Positions 8,230-17,402 are shown, counted from the first letter of the stretch. The stretch: 64,000 nt of DNA from Sandaracinaceae bacterium (GCA_019637095.1 JAHBWG010000047.1:6855-70854), one strand, 5' to 3'. Made by a program: numbers and translations. Notes: generated from the sequence alone by a model not told the origin.

Positions 8230-9741
8230 TCGAGCCTCGTGGGACGGAAGAGGAGGAGCCGGTCGGCGCCGACGGCCACAGACTAGGAGGCCCAGCGCGA
8301 TCGGCAAGAGCCACGACGTCGATCCGGCCGGCGCGGCGGCGGCGCGGCACCCGCCCGAGCTCGGCGGCGTGTCGCCGCCGTCGCCGACGCCTCCGTCGGC
8401 CTCCGCGCCCGCGTCGCTCGGCGGCGCGCCCGCGAGGGTCGCCCGGCACGCGTCGACCTCCTCGGGCGCGCCGAGGCACAGGCCCGGCGTCTTGCTCGAC
8501 CCCGAGGTCGCGGTGTTCGCCACGATCGCGAAGACGCGGTTGTCGCGCGGCACCGTCGTCAGCCGCAGCGGTCCCTCGCTCGCGCGGCCGCGCACCGCCG
8601 CGCGGACGCCCGAGGCGCCCTCGGCGGCGAGCGCGATCGAGAGCCCGTCGAGGTCGTCGCCGACGAGCTCGAGCACGACGTCGCCTCCGCCCGTGATGCC
8701 CGCCTGATAGAACCGCGCGGCCGCGGGGAAGACGCGCGCGCGATCCTCGAGCAGCGGCAAGAGCTCCATGCGCATCGTGACCGGCGGGTAGCTCCGGCCC
8801 TCGGCGTAGGCGACCGACGGGTCCGCGCGCGCGGCCGTGTAGAGGTTCCACACGACGTGCTCCGCGTAGGCCTCCGCGAAGCTCGAGCCGTGCTCGGCCG
8901 CGAGGATCGCGTCGAGCCGCTCGAGCCACGGCGTGGTCCCGACCGACGCGACGAGCGAGGTCACGACGTCGCGGTCGAAGCGCTCCTCGAGGAAGCGGAA
9001 GAAGAGCGCCGCGCCGTAGCTGTACGAGTCCACGGGGCCGGTCGGCTCCTGGCCGAGCGAGCGCTCGGGTCGCGTGAGGTAGCCGTCGAGGAAGCGCTCG
9101 AAGTCGTCGAGCGACGGGTCGAAGACCTCCGTCGCCCACACCGCGCTCGCCTCGGACAGGACGGGGCCGGAGCCGAACGCGACCCCCGCCTGCACCGCGT
9201 GGAAGAGCTCGTGGCTGCCGACGATCCGCCCGGCGATGCGCGCGGAGGGATACCCGCGGCCGGCGAAGTCGTTCTCCTGGATCATGTAGCCGTAGCAGCG
9301 CCCGCTCGCGTCGCAGCCCTCGCGGCGGAACGCGCCGTCCGCGCCGGTCGGGAAGTCGAGCAGGTACACGTCGAAGCGTCCGTCGCCGCCGTTCTCGGGC
9401 TCCGCCGCGTCGCTCGGCGGCGCCGGCAGGCCGAGCTCGTCGCGGTAGAAGGCGAGCGCCTCGTCGTAGAGCGCGCCGACCTCCTCGACGTGATCGGGGA
9501 CCCCGCTCTCGTCCGCGTCGGCGCCCGGGACGCGGTGCACGCCCTCGCGCGCGAAGTGGACGCGGATGAAGCCGGAGGGGGAGTCGTAGGTCTCGACCAC
9601 GTCCTCGGCCCCGAACCGCGGCGGCAGCTCGGTCGTGCCTGGCGTGTCGGGGCGCTGCGCGAGCTCGATCGAGGCCACGTCCGACGGCGCGCACCCCGCG
9701 GACGACACCGCGAGGACGGAGACGGTGAGCGCGAGCTTCAT
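7456..9741 (-). CDS. putative secreted zinc metalloprotease (HExxH) with MYXO-CTERM-like tail, read through in frame into an HmuY-like lipoprotein module
   Basis: ATG at 9741 gives a lipoprotein signal, MKLALTVSVLAVSSAGC. HELFH motif present (GSHELFHAVQ). The tail GGCRAAAAPAGSTSWLLPIALGLLVCGRRRR is the MYXO-CTERM pattern. There is no stop before the next ATG (8229), so the frame stays open to 7456. The track ORF 7456..10782 extends further upstream only because the frame lacks stops. Confidence 0.75.
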   Translation of the reverse strand: MKLALTVSVLAVSSAGCAPSDVASIELAQRPDTPGTTELPPRFGAEDVVETYDSPSGFIRVHFAREGVHRVPGADADESGVPDHVEEVGALYDEALAFYRDELGLPAPPSDAAEPENGGDGRFDVYLLDFPTGADGAFRREGCDASGRCYGYMIQENDFAGRGYPSARIAGRIVGSHELFHAVQAGVAFGSGPVLSEASAVWATEVFDPSLDDFERFLDGYLTRPERSLGQEPTGPVDSYSYGAALFFRFLEERFDRDVVTSLVASVGTTPWLERLDAILAAEHGSSFAEAYAEHVVWNLYTAARADPSVAYAEGRSYPPVTMRMELLPLLEDRARVFPAAARFYQAGITGGGDVVLELVGDDLDGLSIALAAEGASGVRAAVRGRASEGPLRLTTVPRDNRVFAIVANTATSGSSKTPGLCLGAPEEVDACRATLAGAPPSDAGAEADGGVGDGGDTPPSSGGCRAAAAPAGSTSWLLPIALGLLVCGRRRRPAPPLPSHEARMRISHVTVLCVLLAAGCDSSPGTDAGSPLDAGGGTDAGTDAGAPREVPCIDESISQLMLFDTVSPAAITDESTGASERVHHIDATGGGVTPTTAYVYARFDDTGLIKVDIDDESAFESTAWDIAFRRFVIRLNSGVGGPSTVTAARTAPSTEFETLAAVPDGLSYREEAYFTETCEYVPDGAGIGSPQTALSSFWRYGGCVAMTGNVYVIALASGRHVKLEVLSYYSPAMQTTCDETDMVGMPSGAGNLRIRWAFLD

Positions 9742-9757
9742 GGTGCTATCCTGCCGC

Positions 9758-11377
9758 ATGCGACCCCGAGGTGCAGCCGCACCGAGCCGCTCGAGCGCCG
9801 TTCGCTCCGAGCCGATCACGCAGCGCCACGTCCAGTCTACGTCCTCACGGCCGCGCCGCGCGACCCGGCTGCTCGTCCTCGCGAGCCTCACGGCGTTCGC
9901 CGTGCCCGCCGCCGCGCAGCTCCGCGGCGGGCTCGACGCGCCGCCGCCCGCCGCCGACCTCGACTGGATCCACGCGCGCGACACCGGCCTCGTCCGGGAC
10001 GGTCTCACGCAAGTCTGCTTGCCCTCGTCGAGGGGCGCGCAGTGCGCGTGGGTCGGCCGCGCCGCCATCGTCGAGCCGGCAGGCGCGCCGCGCTGGACGG
10101 GCGTCTCCGCGCGCCGGCTCTCGAGCCGGCCCGAGCTCTGGCGCGTCGAGGGCGGGCCCGGCGAGGACGGACGCGCGCTCGCGGCGCGCCTGCTCGCCGA
10201 GGGCGTCGCGCGGCGCGCGATGCCGGACCTCAGCCTCGCGCGCGCGCCGAGCGCGATCTCGGTGCCCCCCAACGATCCGCGGTACGGCGGCCAGTGGTAC
10301 CTCCAGACGATCGGCATCGAGGACGCGTGGGCCATCGAGACGGGCGATCCCGCGGTGTCCATCGTGATCGTCGACAACGGCTGCGAGATGACCCACCCCG
10401 ACCTCGCCGCCGCGTTCCTCGGCGGGCGGGACGTGCGCGACATGGACGACGATCCGTCGCCCGACGCGAGCGAGCCGGGGGCCGAGCACGGGACGGCGTG
10501 CGCGGGCATCGCCGCGGGCATCGGCGACAACGGCATCGGGATCGCGGGCGTGTGCCCCGAGTGCACGCTCCACTGCGTCCGCTTGCTCGGGCCGCGCGGG
10601 AGCCTGACGCCGCTGAGCGCCGACATCGCCGCGTTCGAGTACGCGCGCTCGGTCGGCGCGCGCGTCGTGTCGAACAGCTGGGGCTTCGTCGAGGCGATCA
10701 GCGCGCCGCCGATGCTCCGCTCCGTCGTCGAGGGGCTGTTCGACGACGGCGTCCTCGTCGTCTTCGCGGCGGGCAACGACAACCGCGAGCTCTACGACGA
10801 CGAGCTGACGGGGCTGCGCGGCGTGATCGCGGTCGGCGCGCTCAACCTCTTCGACGAGGTCGCGCCGTTCAGCAACTTCGGGCCGTCGCTCGACCTCACC
10901 GCGCCGACCGGTACGCTGAGCACCGACCTGACCGGGCCCGCGGGCGCGTCGCCCGACGACTACACGACGTCGTTCGGCGGCACCTCGTCGTCGTGCCCGG
11001 TGGTCGCGGGCGTCGCGGGGCTCCTGTTCAGCGCGGCGCCGAGCGCGACCGCGCGCGAGGTCCACGACGCGCTGATCGCGACCACGCGCCCCGCGCCCTT
11101 CGCGGAGCCGGACGCGCGCGGCCACGATCCCCTCCACGGCTACGGCATCGTGAGCCCGGCGGCCGCGCTGCGCGCGCTGACGGGGATGCCGGCGCCGTCC
11201 GACGCGGGCGTCCCCGCGAGCGACGCCGGCCCCACGGAGAGCCCGCCCCAGGGTTGCTCGTGTCGCGCCGCGCCCGCGGGTGCGGCGCCGGGGTGGCTCG
11301 CGCTCGCGCTCGGCGTGCTCCTCTCGTACGTCTCGCGACGCGTCAATCGTAGAAGCGGGCCTGGAAGAAGATCGTGA
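9758..11377 (+). CDS. S8 family (subtilisin-like) serine peptidase with MYXO-CTERM-like tail
   Basis: Catalytic triad contexts: IVIVDNGCEMTHPDL (Asp), EHGTACAGIAAG (His), GGTSSSCPVVAGVAGLL (Ser). N-terminal signal RRATRLLVLASLTAFAVPAAAQ. C-terminal PPQGCSCRAAPAGAAPGWLALALGVLLSYVSRR. ATG at 9758 is in frame with track ORF 9635..11377. Confidence 0.9.
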   Translation: MRPRGAAAPSRSSAVRSEPITQRHVQSTSSRPRRATRLLVLASLTAFAVPAAAQLRGGLDAPPPAADLDWIHARDTGLVRDGLTQVCLPSSRGAQCAWVGRAAIVEPAGAPRWTGVSARRLSSRPELWRVEGGPGEDGRALAARLLAEGVARRAMPDLSLARAPSAISVPPNDPRYGGQWYLQTIGIEDAWAIETGDPAVSIVIVDNGCEMTHPDLAAAFLGGRDVRDMDDDPSPDASEPGAEHGTACAGIAAGIGDNGIGIAGVCPECTLHCVRLLGPRGSLTPLSADIAAFEYARSVGARVVSNSWGFVEAISAPPMLRSVVEGLFDDGVLVVFAAGNDNRELYDDELTGLRGVIAVGALNLFDEVAPFSNFGPSLDLTAPTGTLSTDLTGPAGASPDDYTTSFGGTSSSCPVVAGVAGLLFSAAPSATAREVHDALIATTRPAPFAEPDARGHDPLHGYGIVSPAAALRALTGMPAPSDAGVPASDAGPTESPPQGCSCRAAPAGAAPGWLALALGVLLSYVSRRVNRRSGPGRRS

Positions 11378-12635
11378 GCGGCGAGCTGCCCCACTCGCTC
11401 GTGGGCACGCCGCTCGAAGGCGGCGTCCCCCACGGGACGAACACGTTGAGCAGGAGCGTCACGCTGTCCGACTGCGTCCAGGTCGCGTTCGCCGCGACCA
11501 TCCCCGAGCCGTCGACCGGGCTCTGCAGGTACGAGAGCGCGATCGCCAAGTCGTCTTCTACGTTGTAGCTCGCGGTCGCCGCGATCGCGTGGCGGCCGAA
11601 GGTCTGCGTGTCGCCGCGCGCGAAGCGGAGCTGGAAGGCCGGGTCGAAGAGGATGGAGGGGTCGTCGCCCACGTTCTCCACGCCGAACCCCGAGTAGTGG
11701 TACTCGGCGGCGATCCGCAGGCCGGTGCCGACGTCGATGACGTAGCTGCCCCCGATCACGCCCTTGGCCACGACGGCGCGCGTGCCGAAGAAGCCCCCGT
11801 CGATCCCGCGCCCGTCGGTCCCGAACATCGCGAGCTCCGCGTGCACGGCGGCGTCGCCGAGGTTCGCCGAGACGACCGCGCCCGCCATGTTGTCCTCGCC
11901 GCGCCGGCCGAGGAGCACCATCGCGTCGACGTCGCCGATGACCGCGCGCACGCGCCCGATCACCGCCCAGCTCGTCAGCTCGTCGTTCACCACGCCGCCG
12001 AAGGCCGCGATCACGCCCGCGCTGAGCTCGCTGATCTGCGGGATGCGCAGGTCGAGGTTCACCGCGTCGACGCCGCGGCGCCACTCGCGGTCGACCTCGG
12101 TGGGGGCGAAGGGCGCGAACACGTCGACCGCGCTGAAGAGCAGGCCGCGGCCGAGGCCGATGGCTTGGCGGCCGATCGTGAGCTGCATGAACTCGAAATT
12201 GAACGAGAGGTACGCGCGATCGAGCTCGTGCTGGTGGAGGTACGCGTTGCCGTCCTGGACCACCACCCAGTCGAGCGGCGTGAGGCGGAACGGCGCGGTG
12301 ACCGTCGGCGGGAGCAGGCCGGCGCCGATCCCGCTCCCCGAGGAGCTGCGCACGCGGTGCTCGTAGGCGACGGCGGCCGAGACGTGCTCGCCGAGGCTCG
12401 CCGCGAGCTCGAAGCGCAGCCGGAACAGGCCCGCGCCGCCCGGGCTCTCGGGGAAGAGCACGGGGTCGGTCTCGTAGGGGATCGCGAGCAGCAGGCTCCC
12501 GCGGAACGAAGAGCGGAGCTGGAGCGAGAAGTCACCCTCCTCGAACAGCGTGCGCGCGTGCGCCGGCGAGGCGCCGAGCGCGCCCAGCGTCAGCAGCGCG
12601 AGGAGCGAGGCGAGCGCGAGCGGCGAGGTGCGCAT
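11343..12635 (-). CDS. outer-membrane beta-barrel protein (porin-like), function unknown
   Basis: Signal peptide MRTSPLALASLLALLTLGALGASPAHA. Alternating amphipathic beta-strand pattern throughout. Aromatic C-terminus (...FFQARFYD). Last gene of the ABC/TetR operon. Confidence 0.7.
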   Translation of the reverse strand: MRTSPLALASLLALLTLGALGASPAHARTLFEEGDFSLQLRSSFRGSLLLAIPYETDPVLFPESPGGAGLFRLRFELAASLGEHVSAAVAYEHRVRSSSGSGIGAGLLPPTVTAPFRLTPLDWVVVQDGNAYLHQHELDRAYLSFNFEFMQLTIGRQAIGLGRGLLFSAVDVFAPFAPTEVDREWRRGVDAVNLDLRIPQISELSAGVIAAFGGVVNDELTSWAVIGRVRAVIGDVDAMVLLGRRGEDNMAGAVVSANLGDAAVHAELAMFGTDGRGIDGGFFGTRAVVAKGVIGGSYVIDVGTGLRIAAEYHYSGFGVENVGDDPSILFDPAFQLRFARGDTQTFGRHAIAATASYNVEDDLAIALSYLQSPVDGSGMVAANATWTQSDSVTLLLNVFVPWGTPPSSGVPTSEWGSSPLTIFFQARFYD

Positions 12636-12641
12636 GACGGC

Positions 12642-13337
12642 TCACTCCGTCTCTTCCTCGTCGTCGTCGTCCCCCTCGTCCTGGGGCGGACGGTGGACGA
12701 GGCCGTAGACGAGCACGTCGGCCATCGTGTCGGCGAACGCGTCGAGCGAGCGGCCGCCGCGCACGCGCTCGTCGAGCAAGAGGCCCAGGAGCCAGCGCAG
12801 CGAGAGCAGCACGTTGGCGCGCTCGCGCAGCGCGGCGGCGTCGTGCTCGCCCGGCGCCGCGTCGTCGATGAGCTTGGCGAGCCACTCCTCGCCGAGCTGC
12901 TGCCCGATGGCGAGCAGCGCCGGGTTCCACTCCTCGAGGGCGACCATCAGCTCGTTGTCGCCGCTGAGCAGCCGCGCGACGAGCGGCAAGTCGCGCGCGA
13001 TCGTGAGCAGCGCGCGCACGTAGAAGTGCAGCCGCTCCTCCTCGGGCAGCGTGCCCTCGAGCAGCGGCGCGAGCTTGGTGAACAGCACCTGCTTCTCGAG
13101 CGCGACCGCGTGCATGAGGAGGTCGGCCTTGTTCTCGAAGTGCAGGTAGACCGTGCCCTTGGCGACCTCGGCGCGCTGCGCGATCTCGTCGACGCTCGTC
13201 TTGCGGTAGCCCTGCGCGATGAAGAGCTCCGTCGCGGCCTTGAGGATGCGCGCGCGCTTGCGGTCCTTGCTCGTGACGTCGTCGCCGAGGAACTGCCGCT
13301 GGAGCGCGAGGAAGTGCTCCTTGGTCCACTTGGTCAT
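12642..13337 (-). CDS. TetR/AcrR family transcriptional regulator
   Basis: N-terminal HTH: RARILKAATELFIAQGYRKTSVDEIAQRAEVAKGTVYLHFENKADLL. Acidic C-terminal tail. Overlaps the upstream ABC ATPase gene stop by 4 nt. Confidence 0.9.
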   Translation of the reverse strand: MTKWTKEHFLALQRQFLGDDVTSKDRKRARILKAATELFIAQGYRKTSVDEIAQRAEVAKGTVYLHFENKADLLMHAVALEKQVLFTKLAPLLEGTLPEEERLHFYVRALLTIARDLPLVARLLSGDNELMVALEEWNPALLAIGQQLGEEWLAKLIDDAAPGEHDAAALRERANVLLSLRWLLGLLLDERVRGGRSLDAFADTMADVLVYGLVHRPPQDEGDDDDEEETE

Positions 13338-14047
13338 GCCGCGTCCCGCTCCTTCTCGACGTCGGAGCTCACCTTGCCGTCGACGAGCGTGACGACGCGC
13401 GTCGCGTGCGCGACGACGCGCGGGTCGTGGGTCGAGAACACGAACGTCACGTCGTGCTCGTCGTGCAGGCGCCGCATCAGCGCCATGAGCTGCTCGGCGC
13501 TCGCGCCGTCGAGGTTCGCCGTCGGCTCGTCGGCGAGCACGAGCTTGGGGCGCGCCGCGATCGCGCGCGCCACGGCGACGCGCTGCTGTTGCCCGCCGGA
13601 GAGCTCGTTCGGGCGCCGGTCGGCGAGCTCCGCGAGGCCGAGCTCGGCGAGCACCTCGAGCGCGCGCGAGCGGCGCGCGCTGGCTCCGAGGCCTTGGAGC
13701 TCGAGCACGAACTCCACGTTCTCGACCGCGGTGAGCACGGGCACGAGGTTGTACGCCTGGAACACGAAGCCGAGCTCGCGCAGGCGCAGCTCCGCGCGCG
13801 CGCTCTTCTTCATCGTCGAGAGGTCGCGGCCGAGCACGCGCACCACCCCGCCCGTGGGGCGATCGAGCGCGCCGACGAGGTTCAACAGGGTCGTCTTGCC
13901 GCTCCCGCTCGGCCCGACGAGCGCGAGGAAGTCGCCCTCGTGGATCTCGAGCGAGATGCCGCGCAGCGCCCGCACCTCGAGGCGGCCGGTGGTGAAGGTC
14001 TTGGTCGCGTCCTCGACGACGACCAGGGCGTCTCGCGCATCGTTCAT
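13334..14047 (-). CDS. ABC transporter ATP-binding protein (MacB/LolD-type)
   Basis: Walker A GPSGSGKTTLLN, signature LSGGQQQRVAVARA, Walker B LVLADEPT. The ATG at 14047 overlaps the permease stop (ATGA). Only the last 237 codons of track ORF 13334..15172 look real. Confidence 0.92.
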   Translation of the reverse strand: MNDARDALVVVEDATKTFTTGRLEVRALRGISLEIHEGDFLALVGPSGSGKTTLLNLVGALDRPTGGVVRVLGRDLSTMKKSARAELRLRELGFVFQAYNLVPVLTAVENVEFVLELQGLGASARRSRALEVLAELGLAELADRRPNELSGGQQQRVAVARAIAARPKLVLADEPTANLDGASAEQLMALMRRLHDEHDVTFVFSTHDPRVVAHATRVVTLVDGKVSSDVEKERDAA

Positions 14048-15291
14048 CGGTCGACTCGCAGGGCGTTGGCGGGGTCCGTCCGCGACGCGAACCACGCGGG
14101 GTAGAGGGAGGCCAGGATCGTCGCGGTGAGCGCGAGCGCGAAGGCGTGCGGCACGAGCCACGCGCCGAAGTCCGGGTGGAACACGGGGTCGAACAGGAGG
14201 CCGCCGAAGGAGTAGCCGGCCTCGCTCGAGTCCATCAGCGCGCCGAGGTTCACGCCATCGACGTTGAGCTTGCGGACGCTGGGCCCCGCCCACGCGAGCG
14301 CGCCGAGCGCCGAGGCGCCGCCGAGCACGAGCCCCTCGACCACCACGACCGCGACGAGCGCGCGCGCGCGCATTCCGAGCGCGGCGAGGACGGCGAACTC
14401 CTTGCGGCGCTCGAGCACGCCGGTGAGCTGCGCGCTCGCGACGCCGAGCAGCACGACGAACAGGATGATGCCGACCGCGAGGTCGAAGAACGCGCCGTCG
14501 CTCTCGAGGTTCATCCGCAGCTCCGGCGCGACCTCGAGCCAGGTCAACAGCTCGCTGCCCGCCGGGACGAGCGGCCCGAGCCGCGCCGCGAGCGCCTCGA
14601 GCGCGTAGACGTCCTCGGCCAGGATCGTGATCTCGCCCGCGCCCGGCCGGCCGCTGAGCGTCTCGACGTCGGCGAGCGCGACGTGCGCGATCATCGCGTC
14701 GATGTCCTCGCTCCCCGTCTCCGCGATGCCGACGACGGTGAGCAGCAGGTTGCTCATCTCGCCGGTCGCGTCGACCGCGGTCGCGACGAGCTCGTCGTCG
14801 AGCGCGGCGCCGAGGCGGCGCGCGAGGGTGCGGCCGAGCACGATCTCGCCGTGCTCGCCGGCGGCCAGGTAGCGGCCCTCCGAGAGCGCGCGGACGTGCC
14901 GCAAGGCGGCTTGCTCGGTTGTGGGGTCGACGCCCGTCAGCTCGACGTGCGCGCTGCGCGTCCCGAGCCCGAGCAGGCCCTCGACCCGCGCGCGCGGCGT
15001 CGCCACGGCGACGCCGTCGAGGGCGCGCGCGCGCGCGAGGGCGTCGCTCCAACCGTCGATGCGCAGCTCGACGTCGCGGCGCTCGTTCCAGCCGAGCGGC
15101 GCGATCCGCAGGTGGCCGACGCCGCCGGCCGCCGCCGCGTTGATGCTCATCGTCTCCTCGCCGCGCACCCACGAGAGCGCGATGAGCCCGATGCCCACGC
15201 CGAACGCGACGCCGGCGACGGACAGGATCGAGCGGCGCAGGTTGCGCCGCAGGCTCCGGAGCGCGTAGCGCATGGTGACGGTGCCGGTCAT
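14044..15291 (-). CDS. ABC transporter permease, FtsX/MacB-like
   Basis: Start MTGTVTMRYALRSLRRNLRRSILSVAGVAFGVGI is a typical FtsX-family N-terminus. A large periplasmic domain follows, then three C-terminal TM helices. ATGA overlap with the upstream permease stop at 15288-15291. Confidence 0.85.
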   Translation of the reverse strand: MTGTVTMRYALRSLRRNLRRSILSVAGVAFGVGIGLIALSWVRGEETMSINAAAAGGVGHLRIAPLGWNERRDVELRIDGWSDALARARALDGVAVATPRARVEGLLGLGTRSAHVELTGVDPTTEQAALRHVRALSEGRYLAAGEHGEIVLGRTLARRLGAALDDELVATAVDATGEMSNLLLTVVGIAETGSEDIDAMIAHVALADVETLSGRPGAGEITILAEDVYALEALAARLGPLVPAGSELLTWLEVAPELRMNLESDGAFFDLAVGIILFVVLLGVASAQLTGVLERRKEFAVLAALGMRARALVAVVVVEGLVLGGASALGALAWAGPSVRKLNVDGVNLGALMDSSEAGYSFGGLLFDPVFHPDFGAWLVPHAFALALTATILASLYPAWFASRTDPANALRVDR

Positions 15292-16526
15292 CCGCGCATC
15301 GCCTCCATCGGCTCGAGCCGCGCCGTGATCAGCGCCGGCCAGAGCGCCGCGACGACGGACACGACGCTCACGCCGACGAAGCCGGGCAGGACGTCGGCCG
15401 GGCGCAGGTACGGGTGGATCGTCGCGGCCCAGTTGAGCCCGTACATCGCGACGTCCATCGACTCCTCCTGGTTGCCCCACGTCGTCGGGTCGACGCCGAC
15501 CGCGCCCTGGTAGAGCACGAGCCCGGCGCCGAGCAGCGTCCCGAGCGCGACGCCGAAGAGGCCCAGGATCACCGCCTCCGCGAGCACGATGCGCACGAGG
15601 CGCCCCGGGCTCGTCCCGAGCGAGAGCAGCATCCCGAGCTCGCGCCGGCGCTCGAAGGTCGCCATCAGCATCGTGTTGGCGACGCCGGCCGCGGCCGCGA
15701 TGAACACGATCATCATCACGACGAGCCCGTAGACCCCGGCGATGTCGATGAACTGCGAGAGCTGCGGGGCGAGCTCGCGCCAGGTGAGGATCTCGAGCGC
15801 GTCGGCCCCCTCGACGCCGCGCAGCGCCGCGACGAGCGCGGGCGCCTCGTCGGGCGCGCCGGCGCCGCGCACGTTGATCTCGTGCGCCTGCCCCGGCATC
15901 ACGAACACGTCGCGCGCCGTCTCGAGGTGGACGATCACCCCCATGCGATTGACCAGATCGATCGGCGTCTGGAGCACGCCGCTCACGCGCACGAGGTCGT
16001 TGGCGAAGGAGCCGTCCGCGCCCTGGCCGAGCAGCGCGAGCTCGTCGCCGACGGAGAGCCCCGCCTCGCGCGCGAGCCGCGAGCCGACGAGCGCGCCGCG
16101 CGCGTCGGGGATCGCGCCCTCGGGCAGGCCGGCGAGCAGCCCGCCGGGGCCGCGCTCGGCGGCGATGTCGACGCCGACGACGACCACCGCGCGCCCGTCG
16201 ACCTCGCGCGCGGCGAGCGCGGGCGCGTAGATGCGCGCGTAGGCGCTCTCGACGTCGGGCAGCGCGCGGATGCGCGCGAGCGTCGCGTCCGCGTCCTCGA
16301 TCACGAGGTCGGGCCCGCGCTCTTCGCGCCAGTCCGGGTGGTGGAGCTGCGCGTGCCCCATCATCGGCCCGGTCATCGCCTCGAGGCTCGCCTCGACCCA
16401 GCCGTTCATGAGCCCGTCGATCGCGAGCACGGCCGTTTGCGCGATCGCGATCGCGACGAGCGCGAGCGCCGTGCGGCGGCCGTTGCGGCCGAGGTTGCGG
16501 AACGCGATGCGCAGGGTGGACGGCAT
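15288..16526 (-). CDS. ABC transporter permease, FtsX/MacB-like
   Basis: MPSTLRIAFRNLGRNGRRTALALVAIAIA N-terminus. Periplasmic domain and a C-terminal FtsX-type TM bundle. Confidence 0.85.
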   Translation of the reverse strand: MPSTLRIAFRNLGRNGRRTALALVAIAIAQTAVLAIDGLMNGWVEASLEAMTGPMMGHAQLHHPDWREERGPDLVIEDADATLARIRALPDVESAYARIYAPALAAREVDGRAVVVVGVDIAAERGPGGLLAGLPEGAIPDARGALVGSRLAREAGLSVGDELALLGQGADGSFANDLVRVSGVLQTPIDLVNRMGVIVHLETARDVFVMPGQAHEINVRGAGAPDEAPALVAALRGVEGADALEILTWRELAPQLSQFIDIAGVYGLVVMMIVFIAAAAGVANTMLMATFERRRELGMLLSLGTSPGRLVRIVLAEAVILGLFGVALGTLLGAGLVLYQGAVGVDPTTWGNQEESMDVAMYGLNWAATIHPYLRPADVLPGFVGVSVVSVVAALWPALITARLEPMEAMRG

Positions 16527-16533
16527 GGCGGCC

Positions 16534-17298
16534 TCAGCGCGGGCGCTCGAGCTCGGTGAGCGAGAACGTGCTCTCCGGCACGCTGGCGTCGAAGTCCATC
16601 TCGAGGTAGCGCATCTCGGTGCGGTGCCCCTCGCGGTCCTGCGGCTCGAGGACGAGGCGCGTCGGGATGCGCCGTCCGTCCATCACGCGCACGTCCTCGA
16701 AGCGCATCACGCGCGCGAGGCGCATCCGCCGGTCGAAGTAGCGCGCGCGCAGCGGCAGCGCCGCCGCGTCGTCGACGTCGTACTCGATGCGACGCCACAG
16801 CCCGACGACCCCTTCGTTCGCGTCGTAGCGGATCGTCCAGCCGCCGCCCTCGGCGCGCCCCACGACCTGTCCGGTGAAGTCCTCGCGGAAGGTGCTCGAC
16901 TGCGTGAGGTCGTCGTTCGTGAGATCGGTGCCCATCCAGCTCGAGAGCATCATCGAGGGGGGCACTCGGATCGTGCGCGAGATGCGCGGCAGGTAGTTCC
17001 ACAGGTTGCGATCGCGCCGCAGCGTCGCGGTGCCCTGATCGCGCGCGGGCGCCTCGACGACGATGAGCGCGCGATCCTCGCCGCGGCTCCACATGCGCAT
17101 CCGCATCGTGCGGGTGCCGCGCGGCGTGACGACGGTCAGCTCGATCCGCCCGACGCTCGCGCTCGAGCGGAAGAGGTCGTCGAGCGTGCGCGTCACGCGG
17201 TCGAGATCGGGCGGCGCTTGCGCCGAGCCCGTGGGCGCGAACGTGAGCAGCAACGCGACCGCCAACGCGGCCCCACCGGCGCGAATCGAGCGTTCCAT
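16534..17298 (-). CDS. outer-membrane lipoprotein-sorting (LolA-like) protein
   Basis: Signal peptide. Sequence is typical of the LolA_like/DUF4367-type family usually encoded with FtsX/ABC pairs (RIELTVVTPRGTRTMRMRMWSRGEDRALIVVEAP...DRNLWNYLP). First gene of the operon. Confidence 0.8.
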   Translation of the reverse strand: MERSIRAGGAALAVALLLTFAPTGSAQAPPDLDRVTRTLDDLFRSSASVGRIELTVVTPRGTRTMRMRMWSRGEDRALIVVEAPARDQGTATLRRDRNLWNYLPRISRTIRVPPSMMLSSWMGTDLTNDDLTQSSTFREDFTGQVVGRAEGGGWTIRYDANEGVVGLWRRIEYDVDDAAALPLRARYFDRRMRLARVMRFEDVRVMDGRRIPTRLVLEPQDREGHRTEMRYLEMDFDASVPESTFSLTELERPR

Positions 17299-17301
17299 GA
17301 T

Positions 17302-17338
17302 GACGAATGACTAGATGGGGCCAATCAGTCATTTCGTC
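17302..17338. promoter_or_regulatory. candidate operator: 11/12-bp inverted repeat in the divergent promoter region
   Basis: GACGAATGACT (17302-17312) and AGTCATTTCGTC (17327-17338) are reverse complements apart from one extra base. They are separated by 14 nt and lie just 5' of the LolA-like gene start codon (17298), in a relatively AT-rich stretch. A TetR gene sits in the same operon. Confidence 0.25.
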
Positions 17339-17402
17339 AACCCGTTTCGTCCGAGGGTCGGTTCGCTCGTCGCGCGCTCGCTCGGGGCGTAGGTCATCGA
17401 CG

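Noticed and set aside
7310-11352. Long ORFs 7310..9694 (-) and 8857..11352 (+)
   Set aside because: They are out-of-frame or antisense readings of the two protease genes. Their composition is dominated by R/A/G/D runs, with no catalytic motifs.
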